A stretch of 64,000 bases of DNA from Diplonema japonicum. Its lineage: Eukaryota > Protista > Euglenozoa: Diplonemea. Position 1 is the stretch's first letter, and the number at the start of each line of letters is the position of its first letter. The stretch is taken from NCBI GenBank assembly GCA_964019335.1, contig OZ025666.1:62001-126000 (forward strand), given 5' to 3'. A program made the translations under genes and the position numbers. The notes beneath the pieces were generated by a model. It had not been told where the DNA came from and ran no database searches. It saw only the letters and a program-made list of their open reading frames with translations. Of this stretch, positions 20,866 through 32,168 are shown in pieces.

Positions 20866-23509
20866 ATGAAGGTCCTTGCGAAAGTGGTTGGCAGAGATGA
20901 GATGGTGACGATGTGCGGGAACGTGGGCGATGGGTTCATGCTGGATAGGACGGATCTCGTACAGCGGTACGAAGTAAGTGCGGAGCGTGGTGGGTACAGT
21001 CTGTGCGAGTACAAGAACGATGGGAGTGTGATAAACAAGAGCAGGTACGAAGTCGATGTGCTGCCCCTCAGCAGCTCACACAGACAGGCTTTCTACGAGC
21101 TGGGTGTTGCTGGTATTGTATCGAACCTTACCAGTGGGCGAAACGGTGCTAGTTACATGATCGCAGATGGCGGGGCGATGACAAGGAAGTGGATCCTGGA
21201 GGGCACACAGCACTACCCGGGGGTCATTCGGTGTGCTGTTGACCAGCTTTTTGTCGACATGCAAGCCCTGCGCTCTGATCAGCTGCACGAGCGGACTATC
21301 AAGCTAGGCGTCTCATTCATCCAGTCCGATGCCATCCATGACTGCCTCCCGGAAGGCAAACCGCAAAAGCGATCAAACCGCCGGCCTGTCCTTGCTGAGT
21401 GCCGTAAGACAAAGTCAGTAGTTATCGAAGGTGTGAAGATGCAGACTGTAACTTCTGCACCCCAGATGCTCCAGCTCATCGAACAGTCGCTTGCCACACC
21501 TTGCGAAGGCCACACCGTTGTCAGTATATGCGTGGAGTGCACCCCGCTCATGCTGACCAAAACTGGTGCACCTGTGCAAAGCAAGGTGCACTGGCTGCAC
21601 TTCATTTCCTTGTCTGCGGACCAGCCTGTTGCAAAACCGAGAGGTGGTGGTAACACCCAACCCACGGGCTTCCGCGGTTCTATCTCTAACTGTCTCGCAG
21701 CAATTCGCTCCTCTGCAGCTTCTATCCCATACCATCGTAACAAACTGACCTTTTTCCTCCGCCCTGCTCTGACTGCGACACACCCTTCCTGCTTCATTGC
21801 GTGCTTGGCGCCTTTTTCTCCATTCTCAAATGTCGGCCGTGCGGGTGACTCCCTCAGAGACGCCACCATCTACTCGAGCACAGCGGCAGAGCTAGCAGCA
21901 ACTGTGGACGAGAGACTCATGTCCTCCCAGCCTCAATCGCAATCCCATACTAGCCCTGTGGGACAGACATATGCAAACTCGCAACCTACCCCAGCTCAGC
22001 CAGTTCATGTTTACGACGAACACGCCAATCAGTTGGGGTACAGCAACATGCATGCTTCGTACCAGCGCCAGCACACGTCATGCCTCCAGGGGTGGGATGG
22101 CAGTACAACGCTGACAGATCTGACGAACCCGCCAACACCAGCTCCACTCGACTTCGGACAGTCTCCACCACCCACCAAGGAGCGAGTGGTGTCACCAAGG
22201 CAACCGCCCACGCACCACATTGTGAAGAGGTCAGGGTCCTCATCCCCTGCAAGAGCGCGTTCACCGCCGTCCCTTCACCACAAAGAGGTGGCCAAGCAGC
22301 AGCCACTCGTGTCCCATGTGAACACATCACAGCCATACTCCTACTCGAGCTTCAAGAAAGCCATTACTGCCTCTGCACATGTTGATGAGACACCACAAGT
22401 ACAGAGGAAGGTTGTGAAAGAAAAGGAAAAGAAGGATACAAAGCAGCAGGACGACACAAAATTCAAGGCAGCCGTGGCCGAAACACAAGCGGTGAGGCAG
22501 GAGTTCGAAATGTACAGATCAGTGATGGATGCTACGCTTCTGAGGTTGAAAAGTGATGTCTCAAGGCTGAGCAAGGAGAAGGAAGAGCTGAAGAAGGTGG
22601 CAACAAAGAAGGAGCGCACATGGCGCAAGGAGCAGAGCGAGGTGGTCACTCTTTCTAAAGATCTGAGGTTAGCAACAAAACGAATTGAGGAGCTGGAAGC
22701 ACAGAGAGCCCAGTTGCAAGGAGAGTTCCACGAAGAGCTTGTGAAACTGGACAAAAGACAGCAGGTGATTATCGAAGACAAGCTGAAAATGGAGCGCGGC
22801 TCGCACGAGGCGGTAATCCGTGTCGGGCAGCTGGAGGAAGAAAATGATAAGTTGGTGGAAGCGATAGAAAGGAACATGGCGTCACAAGAGAACCTAAAGC
22901 TACGGGAAGAAAACACAAGGCTATCTCATGAGTTGCAGGTTGCGAAGATGAAGATCCAAGACTTGATGTCGCACCACCATACCACGGACGCACTGGAGCT
23001 GCCGTCTGCAATCGGTGGATGGGATGAGGAGCCCTCCATCCATGTACACGAGGTTGTTTCCGAGTATATCCCTAGCGAAGCACCCACAGGGCTCAACAGC
23101 GGGAACAGGGGGTCGATGAAGAGGCCACCCCCTCCCAAGACCCCTCCCTCAAGGCCAAAAGGCAAACGTGCCCCTCCCCCGAAACCCCCACCGCCGAAGA
23201 GCGCCGTCGACGTAAGGGCCGCCAATTATGTTGAGGCTGTTGAAGCAGGCGAACTCAACACCGCATTGCAGAGGCTGATCCAACCGCAGCTCCCCAACTA
23301 CAGCAACGTACGTGATAGTCCTGCTGAGTCGCCTGAACCTAAACCAGAACGGCAGGTATGTGCACCCCATTCTTTCTTCAAACAAACAGGTCCCCGCCCC
23401 CCACAAGGGGTCCAACTCCGGGTCACCTGACGAGTCTAGCAGAGGTACCACCAGTGCTACTGACAGTGAGTATGCGGCAACTCATAACACAGCGCCGCAG
23501 GTATTCTAG
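20866..23509 (+). CDS. Degenerate kinesin-like protein (motor fold without P-loop) plus coiled coil; probable exons 20866-23355, 23390-23509
   Basis: GVIRCAVDQLF, SVVIEGVKMQTVTS, IPYHRNKLTFFLRPAL are kinesin motifs; GxxxxGKT is absent; 34-nt GTATGT..ACAG intron near the 3' end. Confidence 0.7.
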
Positions 23510-23594
23510 AGGTTAATAACTAGATATAGACATATTAGAGCTTGTACTTGTTGTGTTTGTCGCTACATGCAACATTATCATGCAACACAGGAAC

Positions 23595-25043
23595 ATGTCG
23601 GGGAGCTATTACGACAGATGGCAGAAAGGGCGTGACACTGTAGATCCACACCCAATGCAGACCGATGGTCACATCGAGAGGGTCCGTGGCATGGAGGACA
23701 GGCTGCAAGGGTATCAGAACACTGTTAACCAGCTGATGGGGAGAGTCGGCGACTGCGAACATAGAACAGAGGCGAGCACGAAACTTGCACAGCTGACTCA
23801 ACACTTGACAGAGCAAACAAGCGAGGAAAGCTCTGAAATGCTGCAGGAGCTCAGGTCGAAGTGCCAGAGGCAAGAGGAGGTCATCAAGAAGCTGATTCAC
23901 GACGTTGACACTTTGAGACAAGCGCAAGAAAACACAGCCAGCATGTCGCGCAATCAGATGAATAGCCAAGCAACAAACAGCAAGTACACTCATGAGCACA
24001 TTGCAAAAGCACAGGAGCACTTCAAAGAGCAGCTTGCACTAGAAATTTCGCAAGTCAGAGTTGAGATGGAGGCAAAACTGCAGACTGTGTCTGTAGAGGC
24101 AGCAAACGAGGCAAAGATGTTCGCTACACAGCTGGGCAACGCGATGGCTGACCTGCACGCCGACATGGCTTCGCTAAAGGACTACATCAAGGAAGAGGTT
24201 CGTGCGGTGAAGCTGCACTGCGACACAAAGTTAGACGCTTTGCCAGGCAAGGGGGCACAGAACGATTCTCTAATGAATGACATGGGTGCCTTCCAAGGCA
24301 GCGTCATCGCTAACGTAAATACGTTGCAGCAGCACTGCAGGAAGATCGATGAACAGTTGGCTGAGCAAAGGGTGCAGATTAGGAACGTGTGTAATGTAGA
24401 CGACAGGATGGCAGAACTAGACAAGAAGGTTTTGGAGATTGAGAGGCTGAAGACAGACTTTGGCGAGCATGTGGCGACATTCAAAGTGCACCTGCAGAAG
24501 CAAACGCACCGTGCTAACGACACAGCGTCGGCCATCCAGCAGCTGATCGAGATGACGGACACGAGTAGGGCGGCAATCTCGAGTGAGATAAATGGTGTGA
24601 AGGACTGGGCTATGAGGTGCCTGCAGCGTCTCAGGAAGAGAACCGAGCATGCAACCCACGAAGCAAGGCTTCTTAAAGATGAGTACACAGCACTGGCCAC
24701 GCAAGTTGGTCGCACCCACGCCTCGACCGAACGTCAGCAACAAGTGATGACGGAGCTGCTCACTCAGCAGACGGAGAAGGCAGTCATCCTCGGGAAGATG
24801 GTCGACAAAGAGATCAACCTCAAGAAACGGGCTGTTTCACCAAAGCGACAGGCGACAGATCTCGAATGGGAACTTGCGGAACGTGCCAAGGCACTCAACG
24901 ATCAGTACGCGGACGCCAAATCGCGTGTCAAATGCACGCATAAAAAACTCATGCAAGAGGGTAAACCCCGCAAGCAGCTGTCTCCTAAATCTTCCAGACG
25001 CGAGCAGATCGCGAACCAACTTCAAGATTTGCAAGTCCTGTGA
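23595..25043 (+). CDS. Coiled-coil protein
   Basis: ATG 4 nt after CAACACAG; long heptad-rich ORF. Confidence 0.8.
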   Translation: MSGSYYDRWQKGRDTVDPHPMQTDGHIERVRGMEDRLQGYQNTVNQLMGRVGDCEHRTEASTKLAQLTQHLTEQTSEESSEMLQELRSKCQRQEEVIKKLIHDVDTLRQAQENTASMSRNQMNSQATNSKYTHEHIAKAQEHFKEQLALEISQVRVEMEAKLQTVSVEAANEAKMFATQLGNAMADLHADMASLKDYIKEEVRAVKLHCDTKLDALPGKGAQNDSLMNDMGAFQGSVIANVNTLQQHCRKIDEQLAEQRVQIRNVCNVDDRMAELDKKVLEIERLKTDFGEHVATFKVHLQKQTHRANDTASAIQQLIEMTDTSRAAISSEINGVKDWAMRCLQRLRKRTEHATHEARLLKDEYTALATQVGRTHASTERQQQVMTELLTQQTEKAVILGKMVDKEINLKKRAVSPKRQATDLEWELAERAKALNDQYADAKSRVKCTHKKLMQEGKPRKQLSPKSSRREQIANQLQDLQVL

Positions 25044-25229
25044 CCTTGATACTAGAATTTTAGAATATAGCAGCCGTCAATTGCTGTGCCTAGTCCGCTG
25101 TGGTTAAGACTACAGTTTATAGATAACATAGTATTTTAGGAGAAGGTAGTTTAGAGACTTAAACCTTTTTTCGTTGTCGTAGATTTGTCAAAAAGTTTAA
25201 AATACCACAAAAGTACTTTCCAAAGGAAA

Positions 25230-25922
25230 ATGGAGGCCTTTCGGAAGTGGTGGCGCCCCGTGCAGAGGGTGTCGCGGGAACACGGATTTCCCGCTGGGAA
25301 GGTGATGTTTAGGCCGCAGCCGTTTTGGCAGAAGTTGAGGGAGGATCACATCGCGCCTGCTGGGACGGTGTTCAAGATGGGTATGGAGGATGGGATAAAC
25401 TACGGAAAGCTGAAGTGCGACACAGAAGTAGAAGCGGATAGCAAGTATGCGATGGAGTGCGCTAAGGTGCTGGACTTCAGCAACAACAAAGGCGACACTG
25501 ATGCGTTGGCATCACTGCTGCGAACAGCTGCTGCTGACAACGATGTTCTTTGTGTACGAACACTGCTGCAGTCTTGCTATGTCACACAGCCAGCAACGGC
25601 ACCTGCAGTCTGCGAGGCAGCAAAGTCCAACAACAAAGAAGTCCTTAGTTTACTTCTCGGCGCAGGTGCTTCTGCTGCCTGCAACTTCTCGACAAAGCCC
25701 GCCCTTCACTTCGCTCTGGAAGCTGGTTCTGAAGCATGTGCTCAGCTCCTCATTGACCAGCTCACTGCCGACCAAGTGCACAAACAAGACGTCACCGGCA
25801 GGTGCGCATTCATCAGCGCCAAAGAAGCCGATCTCGGTCCCCTCTCTAACCGTCTCTTGGATTACGCAACAAAACAGGGCAAAGCCCGACCTGATAGAGA
25901 AGAAGTGGTGCACCAAGCTTAG
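25230..25922 (+). CDS. Ankyrin-repeat protein
   Basis: AVCEAAKSNNKEVLSLLLGAGA, PALHFALEAGSEACAQLLI, QDVTGRCAF. Confidence 0.75.
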   Translation: MEAFRKWWRPVQRVSREHGFPAGKVMFRPQPFWQKLREDHIAPAGTVFKMGMEDGINYGKLKCDTEVEADSKYAMECAKVLDFSNNKGDTDALASLLRTAAADNDVLCVRTLLQSCYVTQPATAPAVCEAAKSNNKEVLSLLLGAGASAACNFSTKPALHFALEAGSEACAQLLIDQLTADQVHKQDVTGRCAFISAKEADLGPLSNRLLDYATKQGKARPDREEVVHQA

Positions 25923-26035
25923 TTACCTTTGAGGAGGCTGGATAGTTACCTTGGAAAAAAGGAAAACAGGAAAAGAATTTAAACAAAAAGGATACCATAT
26001 CAAACCCTCCTTCTCTGCAACACACCTCAGTAAGT

Positions 26036-27916
26036 ATGTCGCGATGGGTAGACTTCATGACGAATTCGGTGGGGCTCAAGTTCTTAAGCATCGGTGCCAA
26101 GCGTGCTGTCTTGTGGGCAATGGGGAGCACTGTCACTGCAGCGTCTGTCGCGTATGACATCAAGACACACAAGGGACATTCAAAGATTGTGATCCCGGCA
26201 CCTGCCTCGGAAGGGTTTAAGGACGCCTTTATGGAGGACTTGCTGAGTACGCCACCCGTGCTTACGGAGAACCAGTCTGTAGAATGGCTGAACCACTCAA
26301 TAGAGCCCATGTGGCCCTTCCTTGACGAAGGGATCCGTCAGGTGGTTCTTGAGAAACTCGAGCCCGCAATACAAAATGCTGTGCCTTTGATTGGCAAGCA
26401 ACTCAGGTTCGCGAAGCTAACCCTCGGATGTACAGCACCGCAACTTGGCCCCGTCACCTCACGCCTGACAGAAGACGGGGTGGAGTTGTTTGTCGCCGTT
26501 GACTACGCAGGGGACCTGGAGCTGGAATTCGAGCTGGGTGTAGCAACGGTCAGCATTGCAGATCTCACCATCAGAGGGGAAGTCATGCTGGCTTTCAAAC
26601 CACTTGTGAACGGGATCAACCCTATTGGTGGGATGGAGATCTCTTGCCTCGACCAGCCTGAAGTCACGTTGAAGCTCTCCGCAAAAGGCATGTTCCTTGA
26701 CAGCGTCCCTAACTTCTACAAACTTCTCAAATACGCTGTAGATGATGCCGTGGCCAGCATCCTTGTCATGCCGAACAACATTGCCTTCAGAATCCCAACT
26801 GTTACAGGCCCCGTCACTGACATTGCATCATTGAAGTACCGCTCCCCACTGGGAGTGCTCCGTGTCTCCGTAGACAGCGCGCAGCACCTCCCTGGATCTA
26901 CGTGGTCCACCAACCCTTACGCACGGGTGCAGGTGGGTGCACATCACTACTACACTGATACTGTTAACAAGAACGTCAACCCCACCTGGCATGGGAAGAG
27001 GCACACACAAGACTTCATGATCTTCCACTCGAAGCAATCGGTGCGTGTCGATGTCTTCAGTGGGAAGGGCTTTGGAGCCGATGAACTGATAGGCTCGTGC
27101 CAGACCCCTGTGAGCACGCTTGTCGGTTTGAAGGACAAGGAGCTGATGACGCTCCCGGTGAAAACAGCCATAGAGCACTATGGGCACCATGGCGGGGCGA
27201 AGTTGAAGTTGCAAGCGGAGTGGCTGCCATTGAGCGATTATTATCCTGATGCAGCCGAGAGTGTGAAAGAAATAGCAGACGACCCTCGTGAAAAATGGAG
27301 GGATGGGAATAGTGGTGGGACAGGGAACCAGCAACTGACAACACTCCGTGTTGATAAAGTGTTCACAAGCCATGGACCGGGGCCGCACAAAGTGGTGATG
27401 AATGTGGGAGGACGAAGTACTGCAACCTGTCCGGGTACATCACCACCCCTCATTTTCAACATATGCCCTTCCACTTTGTGCGAAATCACGCGGAGGATGT
27501 CCGCTGCAAATGCTGCAACGGACTTAGTGTGCTCTGTTCTTGAGATTGACGAGACGGACTACTTGCAGTACAAAAAGACAACAGATGTACGCAGCAAGAC
27601 CCCCTTCCCACTGCGAGATGCTGAGGTAGAGTGTACAGAAGACGAAGCATGGGCCAAGGCAGTCATTTCTAAAATGAAAAGGAATGCGTCTGATAAACGC
27701 CCCCAGTTCGACGAGATTCTGTACCTGCCCTCGAAGCTCGAAGACACATTCGACATCTCCCTACAAAGCCTCACCACAGTCGATGGCAAACCTACATACG
27801 CAACTGTGGCAAGTAAAGAATTCCCCTTGTCGCAAAGTGGCCCTTTTCATCTTGATGGATGTACTGTATTTGCCACTCCCACAGTTTCTTATCTGGGCAA
27901 GGCAACAGAAGCTTGA
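26036..27916 (+). CDS. Extended-synaptotagmin-like SMP + C2 domain protein
   Basis: QSVEWLNHSIEPMWPF...LRFAKLTLGCTAPQL (SMP); GVLRVSVDSAQHLP...NPYARVQVG...TVNKNVNPTW (C2). Confidence 0.85.
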   Translation: MSRWVDFMTNSVGLKFLSIGAKRAVLWAMGSTVTAASVAYDIKTHKGHSKIVIPAPASEGFKDAFMEDLLSTPPVLTENQSVEWLNHSIEPMWPFLDEGIRQVVLEKLEPAIQNAVPLIGKQLRFAKLTLGCTAPQLGPVTSRLTEDGVELFVAVDYAGDLELEFELGVATVSIADLTIRGEVMLAFKPLVNGINPIGGMEISCLDQPEVTLKLSAKGMFLDSVPNFYKLLKYAVDDAVASILVMPNNIAFRIPTVTGPVTDIASLKYRSPLGVLRVSVDSAQHLPGSTWSTNPYARVQVGAHHYYTDTVNKNVNPTWHGKRHTQDFMIFHSKQSVRVDVFSGKGFGADELIGSCQTPVSTLVGLKDKELMTLPVKTAIEHYGHHGGAKLKLQAEWLPLSDYYPDAAESVKEIADDPREKWRDGNSGGTGNQQLTTLRVDKVFTSHGPGPHKVVMNVGGRSTATCPGTSPPLIFNICPSTLCEITRRMSAANAATDLVCSVLEIDETDYLQYKKTTDVRSKTPFPLRDAEVECTEDEAWAKAVISKMKRNASDKRPQFDEILYLPSKLEDTFDISLQSLTTVDGKPTYATVASKEFPLSQSGPFHLDGCTVFATPTVSYLGKATEA

Positions 27917-27945
27917 AACCTTTTGTAAGCTTTATTTTTTTTTTA

Positions 27946-28135
27946 TCTGATAGTTCAGAAATTTCTTCACTCCTAACCCACCCTATAATCTGATTACCCC
28001 CCTCTCATAATTTGATAGCTCAATTATGGGCAAGACTTAGGTGTTCATGGCCCGTGGCTGCCAAATTATAGGGGGGAAGTGACATTATTGGGGGCAGAGT
28101 GAAATTCTTTTTAACACATTTGAGCTCAAGATCAT

Positions 28136-28185
<50 letters not shown>

Positions 28186-28809
28186 ATGAAATGCCGAAAA
28201 CGAAGAAGGAAGAGAGTCTTCTACCCGAAATAAGCAAAGCACAGTACCTGAAAACATGGGCTGACTTTCGTGGGGAAAAGACGAAGAAACTGAAGTCGCT
28301 CATCTTAGGAAGCTGAAGAAAAACGGCCCCTTCTTCTCTTTGAACCAAGTACTCCCAAATAGGGCAGTTTTTAAGGAAAAGTGCAACCAGAAGGTTGGGG
28401 AATAGGACCGTGTCAAACTTTTTTGCAAGCGTGCTGAAGCACAAGGGCCCCGACGAAAGCATCTCTTTCGAACAGGAGGATCTCGAGGAGCTCATGTCTA
28501 TGGAGTGCCCTGGATCTGAGCCGCTGAACCGCTTCTTGCTGTACTGTGCTTTGTTTGTATGCAGTTTCTTCTGCGGGGTCTTCGTGTAACGGAGAACTAC
28601 AACCTGGAAAGGTGCCATGTCACAGGTCAACAGGGTTGTCCGGGGGACTAAAAATGTGTAGGTTCACCGCACTGCCTGAATCAGCTGAAAATAGGCCGTT
28701 TTTCATAATTTGATAGCTATTATTGACAGTTGATAGCTCATAATTTGGTTTTGGGTTTTTGGCCCACTTTCTCGGTCACTCAGAGTGACTCAATTTCTGA
28801 ACTATCAGA
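27946..28809 (+). mobile_element. TIR-bounded element carrying a decayed tyrosine-recombinase-like ORF (Crypton-like relic)
   Basis: Perfect 18-bp TIR TCTGATAGTTCAGAAATT / AATTTCTGAACTATCAGA, each flanked by TA; repeated TCATAATTTG motifs inside. Confidence 0.7.
28191..28630 (+). pseudogene. Tyrosine recombinase (Crypton-type) N-terminal fragment with stops and a frameshift
   Basis: MPKTKKEESLLPEISKAQYLKTWADF...APSSL*TKYSQI...ALFVCSFFCG then, +1 frame, GLRVTENYNL (catalytic G-x-R-x-x-E motif). Confidence 0.6.
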
Positions 28810-28815
28810 TAAAAT

Positions 28816-28951
28816 TACTTACTTTGCGCCAAAATATGGCCATCCCATTTACTCGAACCGTTTTTTTTGACCTCGGGCCCTGCGGGCCCTCGGCCAAAAA
28901 ACCCACGATTCTCGAGTAAATTATGGCCATAATTTGTTGCAAATAAATAGC
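28816..28951. repeat. ~135-bp imperfect palindrome with a GC-rich central hairpin
   Basis: Arms TTTGCGCCAAAATATGGCCAT..ATTTACTCGA / TCGAGTAAAT.ATGGCCATAATTTGTTGCAAA; core CTCG-GGCCC-TGC-GGGCC-CTCG. Confidence 0.8.
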
Positions 28952-29003
28952 TATTATTTATCTCATGAACCACCAAACTCACAACAGGCATCTATCAACT
29001 AAA

Positions 29004-30459
29004 ATGGCCACCGACGGTAAGCAGCATTTGTCGATCGTGATCTGCGGTCACGTCGACTCCGGGAAGTCCACCACTACCGGGCGTCTCCTCTTCGAGCTCG
29101 GTGGAATCCCCGAGCGTGAGATGGAGAAGTTGAAGGCTGAGGCCGAGCGTCTTGGTAAGCAGTCCTTCGCCTTCGCCTTCTACATGGACAGGCAGAAGGA
29201 GGAGCGTGAGCGTGGTGTGACCATCGCCTGCACCACCAAGGAGTTCTTCACGGAGAAGTGGCACTACACCGTGATCGACGCCCCCGGGCACAGGGATTTC
29301 ATCAAGAACATGATCACCGGTGCCTCGCAGGCCGACGTGGCCCTCCTCATGATCCCCGCTGACGGTAACTTCGTGTCCGCCATCGCCAGGGGCAACCACA
29401 AGGCCGGTGAGATCCAGGGCCAGACCAGGCAGCACGCCCGTCTTATCAACCTTCTCGGTGTGAAGCAGCTCATCGTTGGTATCAACAAGATGGACTGCGA
29501 CGTCGCCCAGTACAAGGAGGAGAGGTACAACGAGATCAAGGAGGAGATGAAGAGCATGTTGGTGAAGACCGGTTGGAAGAAGGACTTCGTTGAGAAGAAC
29601 GTCCCCGTCCTCCCCATCTCGGGTTGGATCGGTGACAACCTTCTCAAGAAGTCCACCAAGATGGACTGGTGGAAGGGTCAGGACGTCCTCGTCGGCGCCG
29701 ACGAGAAGCTCCACATCGACACCCTTGTCGACGCTCTTGACAAGATGGTGAGGATGCCTGAGAGGAAGAACGACGCCCCCATGAGGATGCCCGTCTCGGG
29801 TGTGTACAAGGTATGTTCGTAAAGGTGATCAACTTTTACACAAATAATAACAGATCAAGGGTGTCGGTGATGTTATTACCGGCCGTGTGGAGCAGGGTAT
29901 CGTGAAGCCCGGTGAGGAAGTGCTCTTCCTCCCCACCCACACCGCCGCCAACGCGTGCGTGGGTAAGGTGTTCACTTGCGAGATGCACCACAAGAGGTGC
30001 GAGGACGCCAAGGCCGGTGACAACGTTGGGCTGAACGTTAAGGGTCTCAACAAGGACAACATGCCCAGGACCGGTGACGTGATGATCTACAAGAAGGACG
30101 CGTCCCTGAAGGAGGCCGGTACCTTCAACGCGCAGGTGCAGATCCTGGACCACCCTGGTGAGCTCAAGGTCGGGTACACTCCCGTGTGCTTCGTGAGGAC
30201 CGGTAGGTCCGCTGTGAGGATGACCCAGCTGGTGTGGAAGATGGGCAAGGAGACCGGCGGTAAGAAGGCCGAGGAGCCCCACTGCCTGAAGGCCAACGAG
30301 ATGGCTGAGGTCGTCTTCGCCCCCCAGCAGCCCCTTGTCGTCGACACCTTCAAGAACTGCGAGGGTCTCTCCCGTGTCGCCATCATGGAGGGCAACGGTG
30401 TCGTCATGCTTGGCAAGGTCACCAAGACCACCGAGAAGGTCATCGCCAAGAAGAAGTAA
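29004..30459 (+). CDS. EFL: Elongation factor-like protein EFL; exons 29004-29810, 29854-30459
   Basis: GHVDSGKST, FAFAFYMDRQKEERERGVTIACTTKEFFT, AIARGNHKAGEIQGQTRQHARLINLLGVKQ are EFL-specific; 43-nt intron; extreme C/G-ending codon bias. Confidence 0.95.
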
Positions 30460-30752
30460 GACTACGGACGTGACCAACAAATTTGAGTGCCTTTAAGTCC
30501 CTCCCCCCTCTTTTTTTTTGGCTTTTTTGCACGCGCTTTTTTCTTTTTATTCCCCCCTTTGCTCCGAAGTGAATCACTTCATCTCCAACCCGGATACTCC
30601 CCTTTTTTTTCCGTTTTTTTTATACCCCTCCCTTTCGGTCAAACATACATCCCCCCATCCCCTCGTTACCCCACCACACCCTTCTTCTCATTTTTCCTTT
30701 CCCACTACTTCCCAACACACGCAACTAAAAGAAGAGAGAGAAGAAAAAAAAA

Positions 30753-31899
30753 ATGCCAGCGAAAAAAATCGCAAAGGGGAAGAAGGTGGTGAAGCAGGCA
30801 GAGGCAGCGGCGGTGACGGAAGCGAAGGTGGAAAAAGCAAGGATGCCTCAGACGGAAGAGGCGGCTGCTGCGTTGGTGAAGTACATGCAGGGTGTGGAAG
30901 AGAAGGAAGATAAAATGAACCTCCTCGCCGAGGCGGGACCTGTGTTTATGGTGGTGCAGTTGATGCAGAGTGCGGGGAAGGGGCCTTCCAGGAAGAGGAG
31001 AGCGGTGAAAATCCCCCATCCGATGAACACAAAGGAAAATGTGGAAGTTTGCTTGATTACAACTGCCCCACAGAGGAAGTGGAAGGACAAGATAAAGGAG
31101 TCGCCAGAGGGCCTTGAGAACATCAAAAAGGTTATTGATATGAACAAGCTGCGCAAGAAGTTCAAGTCCTTCGAAGAAAAGCGACAGCTCGCAACTTCTT
31201 TCAACCAGTTCGTTGCTGACGAGGCTGTCTTGAACTTCCTCCCGGCTATCCTCGGGAAGACATTCTTCAGAAAATCTAAAGAACCGATCTGCATCAACAT
31301 GAAGAAGTTCCCCACAAGCCTCAGGGCTGCGCTTGCTTCAACATCCTACTCCCTCAGGGAGAACGCACAAGGTACGGTGGGTGAACAAAAAAAAAATTAA
31401 AAATAAAACCTCAGTGAGCATAATGGTCGGCAAGACCGACTTTACAGCTTCCGAAATCGCAGAAAACTGCAAAACAGTGATGGAGGACATCATCCCCCAG
31501 CTCACCAACGGGTGGCGCGACGTGCGCTCTGTGGCTCTTAAAGGCAGGTTTGTGCATTGAGAATTTAAAAAAAAAGAAGAAAACCATGTACCTTCCCTAA
31601 CAGCGACACCCCTATGCTTCCCATCTACGCACATAATTTCCTTGAAGCAAAGGAAAACCCCCTTACTGCTAGTGTTGCTCCTAAAAGGCACAGGCTTGAA
31701 GTCCCCGAGATGGACGATGAGCCGTTGGCTAAGAGGGCAAAGAGGGCTAAGGCGGAGACCGAGAAAAAGGTTGCTGAGGTATGTAAACAAAAGAAAAGGG
31801 GGAAGAAAAGACTGTAAAAAATGAACCCAGGAATCGGATGACGAACTGAGTGAGCTGAGCCGGATCAGTGGGCTAGACGACGAGTCCGCTGAAGAGTGA
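30753..31899 (+). CDS. RSL1D1: Ribosomal L1 domain-containing protein (RSL1D1/Utp30-like); exons 30753-31380, 31415-31547, 31604-31778, 31831-31899
   Basis: IKKVIDMNKLRKKFKSFEEKRQLATSFNQFVADEAVLNFLPAILGKTFF, SIMVGKTDF..EIAEN, GWRDVRSVALK..PMLPIY; three short introns (first donor could instead be 31372). Confidence 0.85.
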
Positions 31900-32168
31900 T
31901 CATTTCCCCTTCTTTTTTTTTGTTTTCCTTTTTTTTTTCCCTTTTTTGTTTTCCCTCCCTCCTTTCTTTCTCTTCCACACACTGCAAACATCATTTTTTT
32001 TTCTCTTTTCCTGTGCATAAAAAAAAAGAGATAGAATTGGAATGGAGGCCAGTTAGGATATCAACATCAGTCAACCAGCGCACACACCCTGCCCCTATTC
32101 ACATTTTTTTTTTTTAATTTCAAATATCCCTGTTCCCCCCCTACCCCCCCTACAGGCCATGCGGTAAG

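Noticed and set aside
23501-23590. Intron fusing the pseudo-kinesin to the next coiled-coil ORF
   Set aside because: The GT..AG join is out of frame with the downstream ORF
28300-28350. TGA-as-Trp recoding (APSSL*TKYS)
   Set aside because: TGA terminates many host genes here; the element also has another stop and a frameshift, so it is decay
28995-30480. Long antisense ORFs over EFL (also over CCT5, the Hsp70-like and coiled-coil genes)
   Set aside because: Explained by strong codon bias and low complexity of the sense gene; no recognisable motifs
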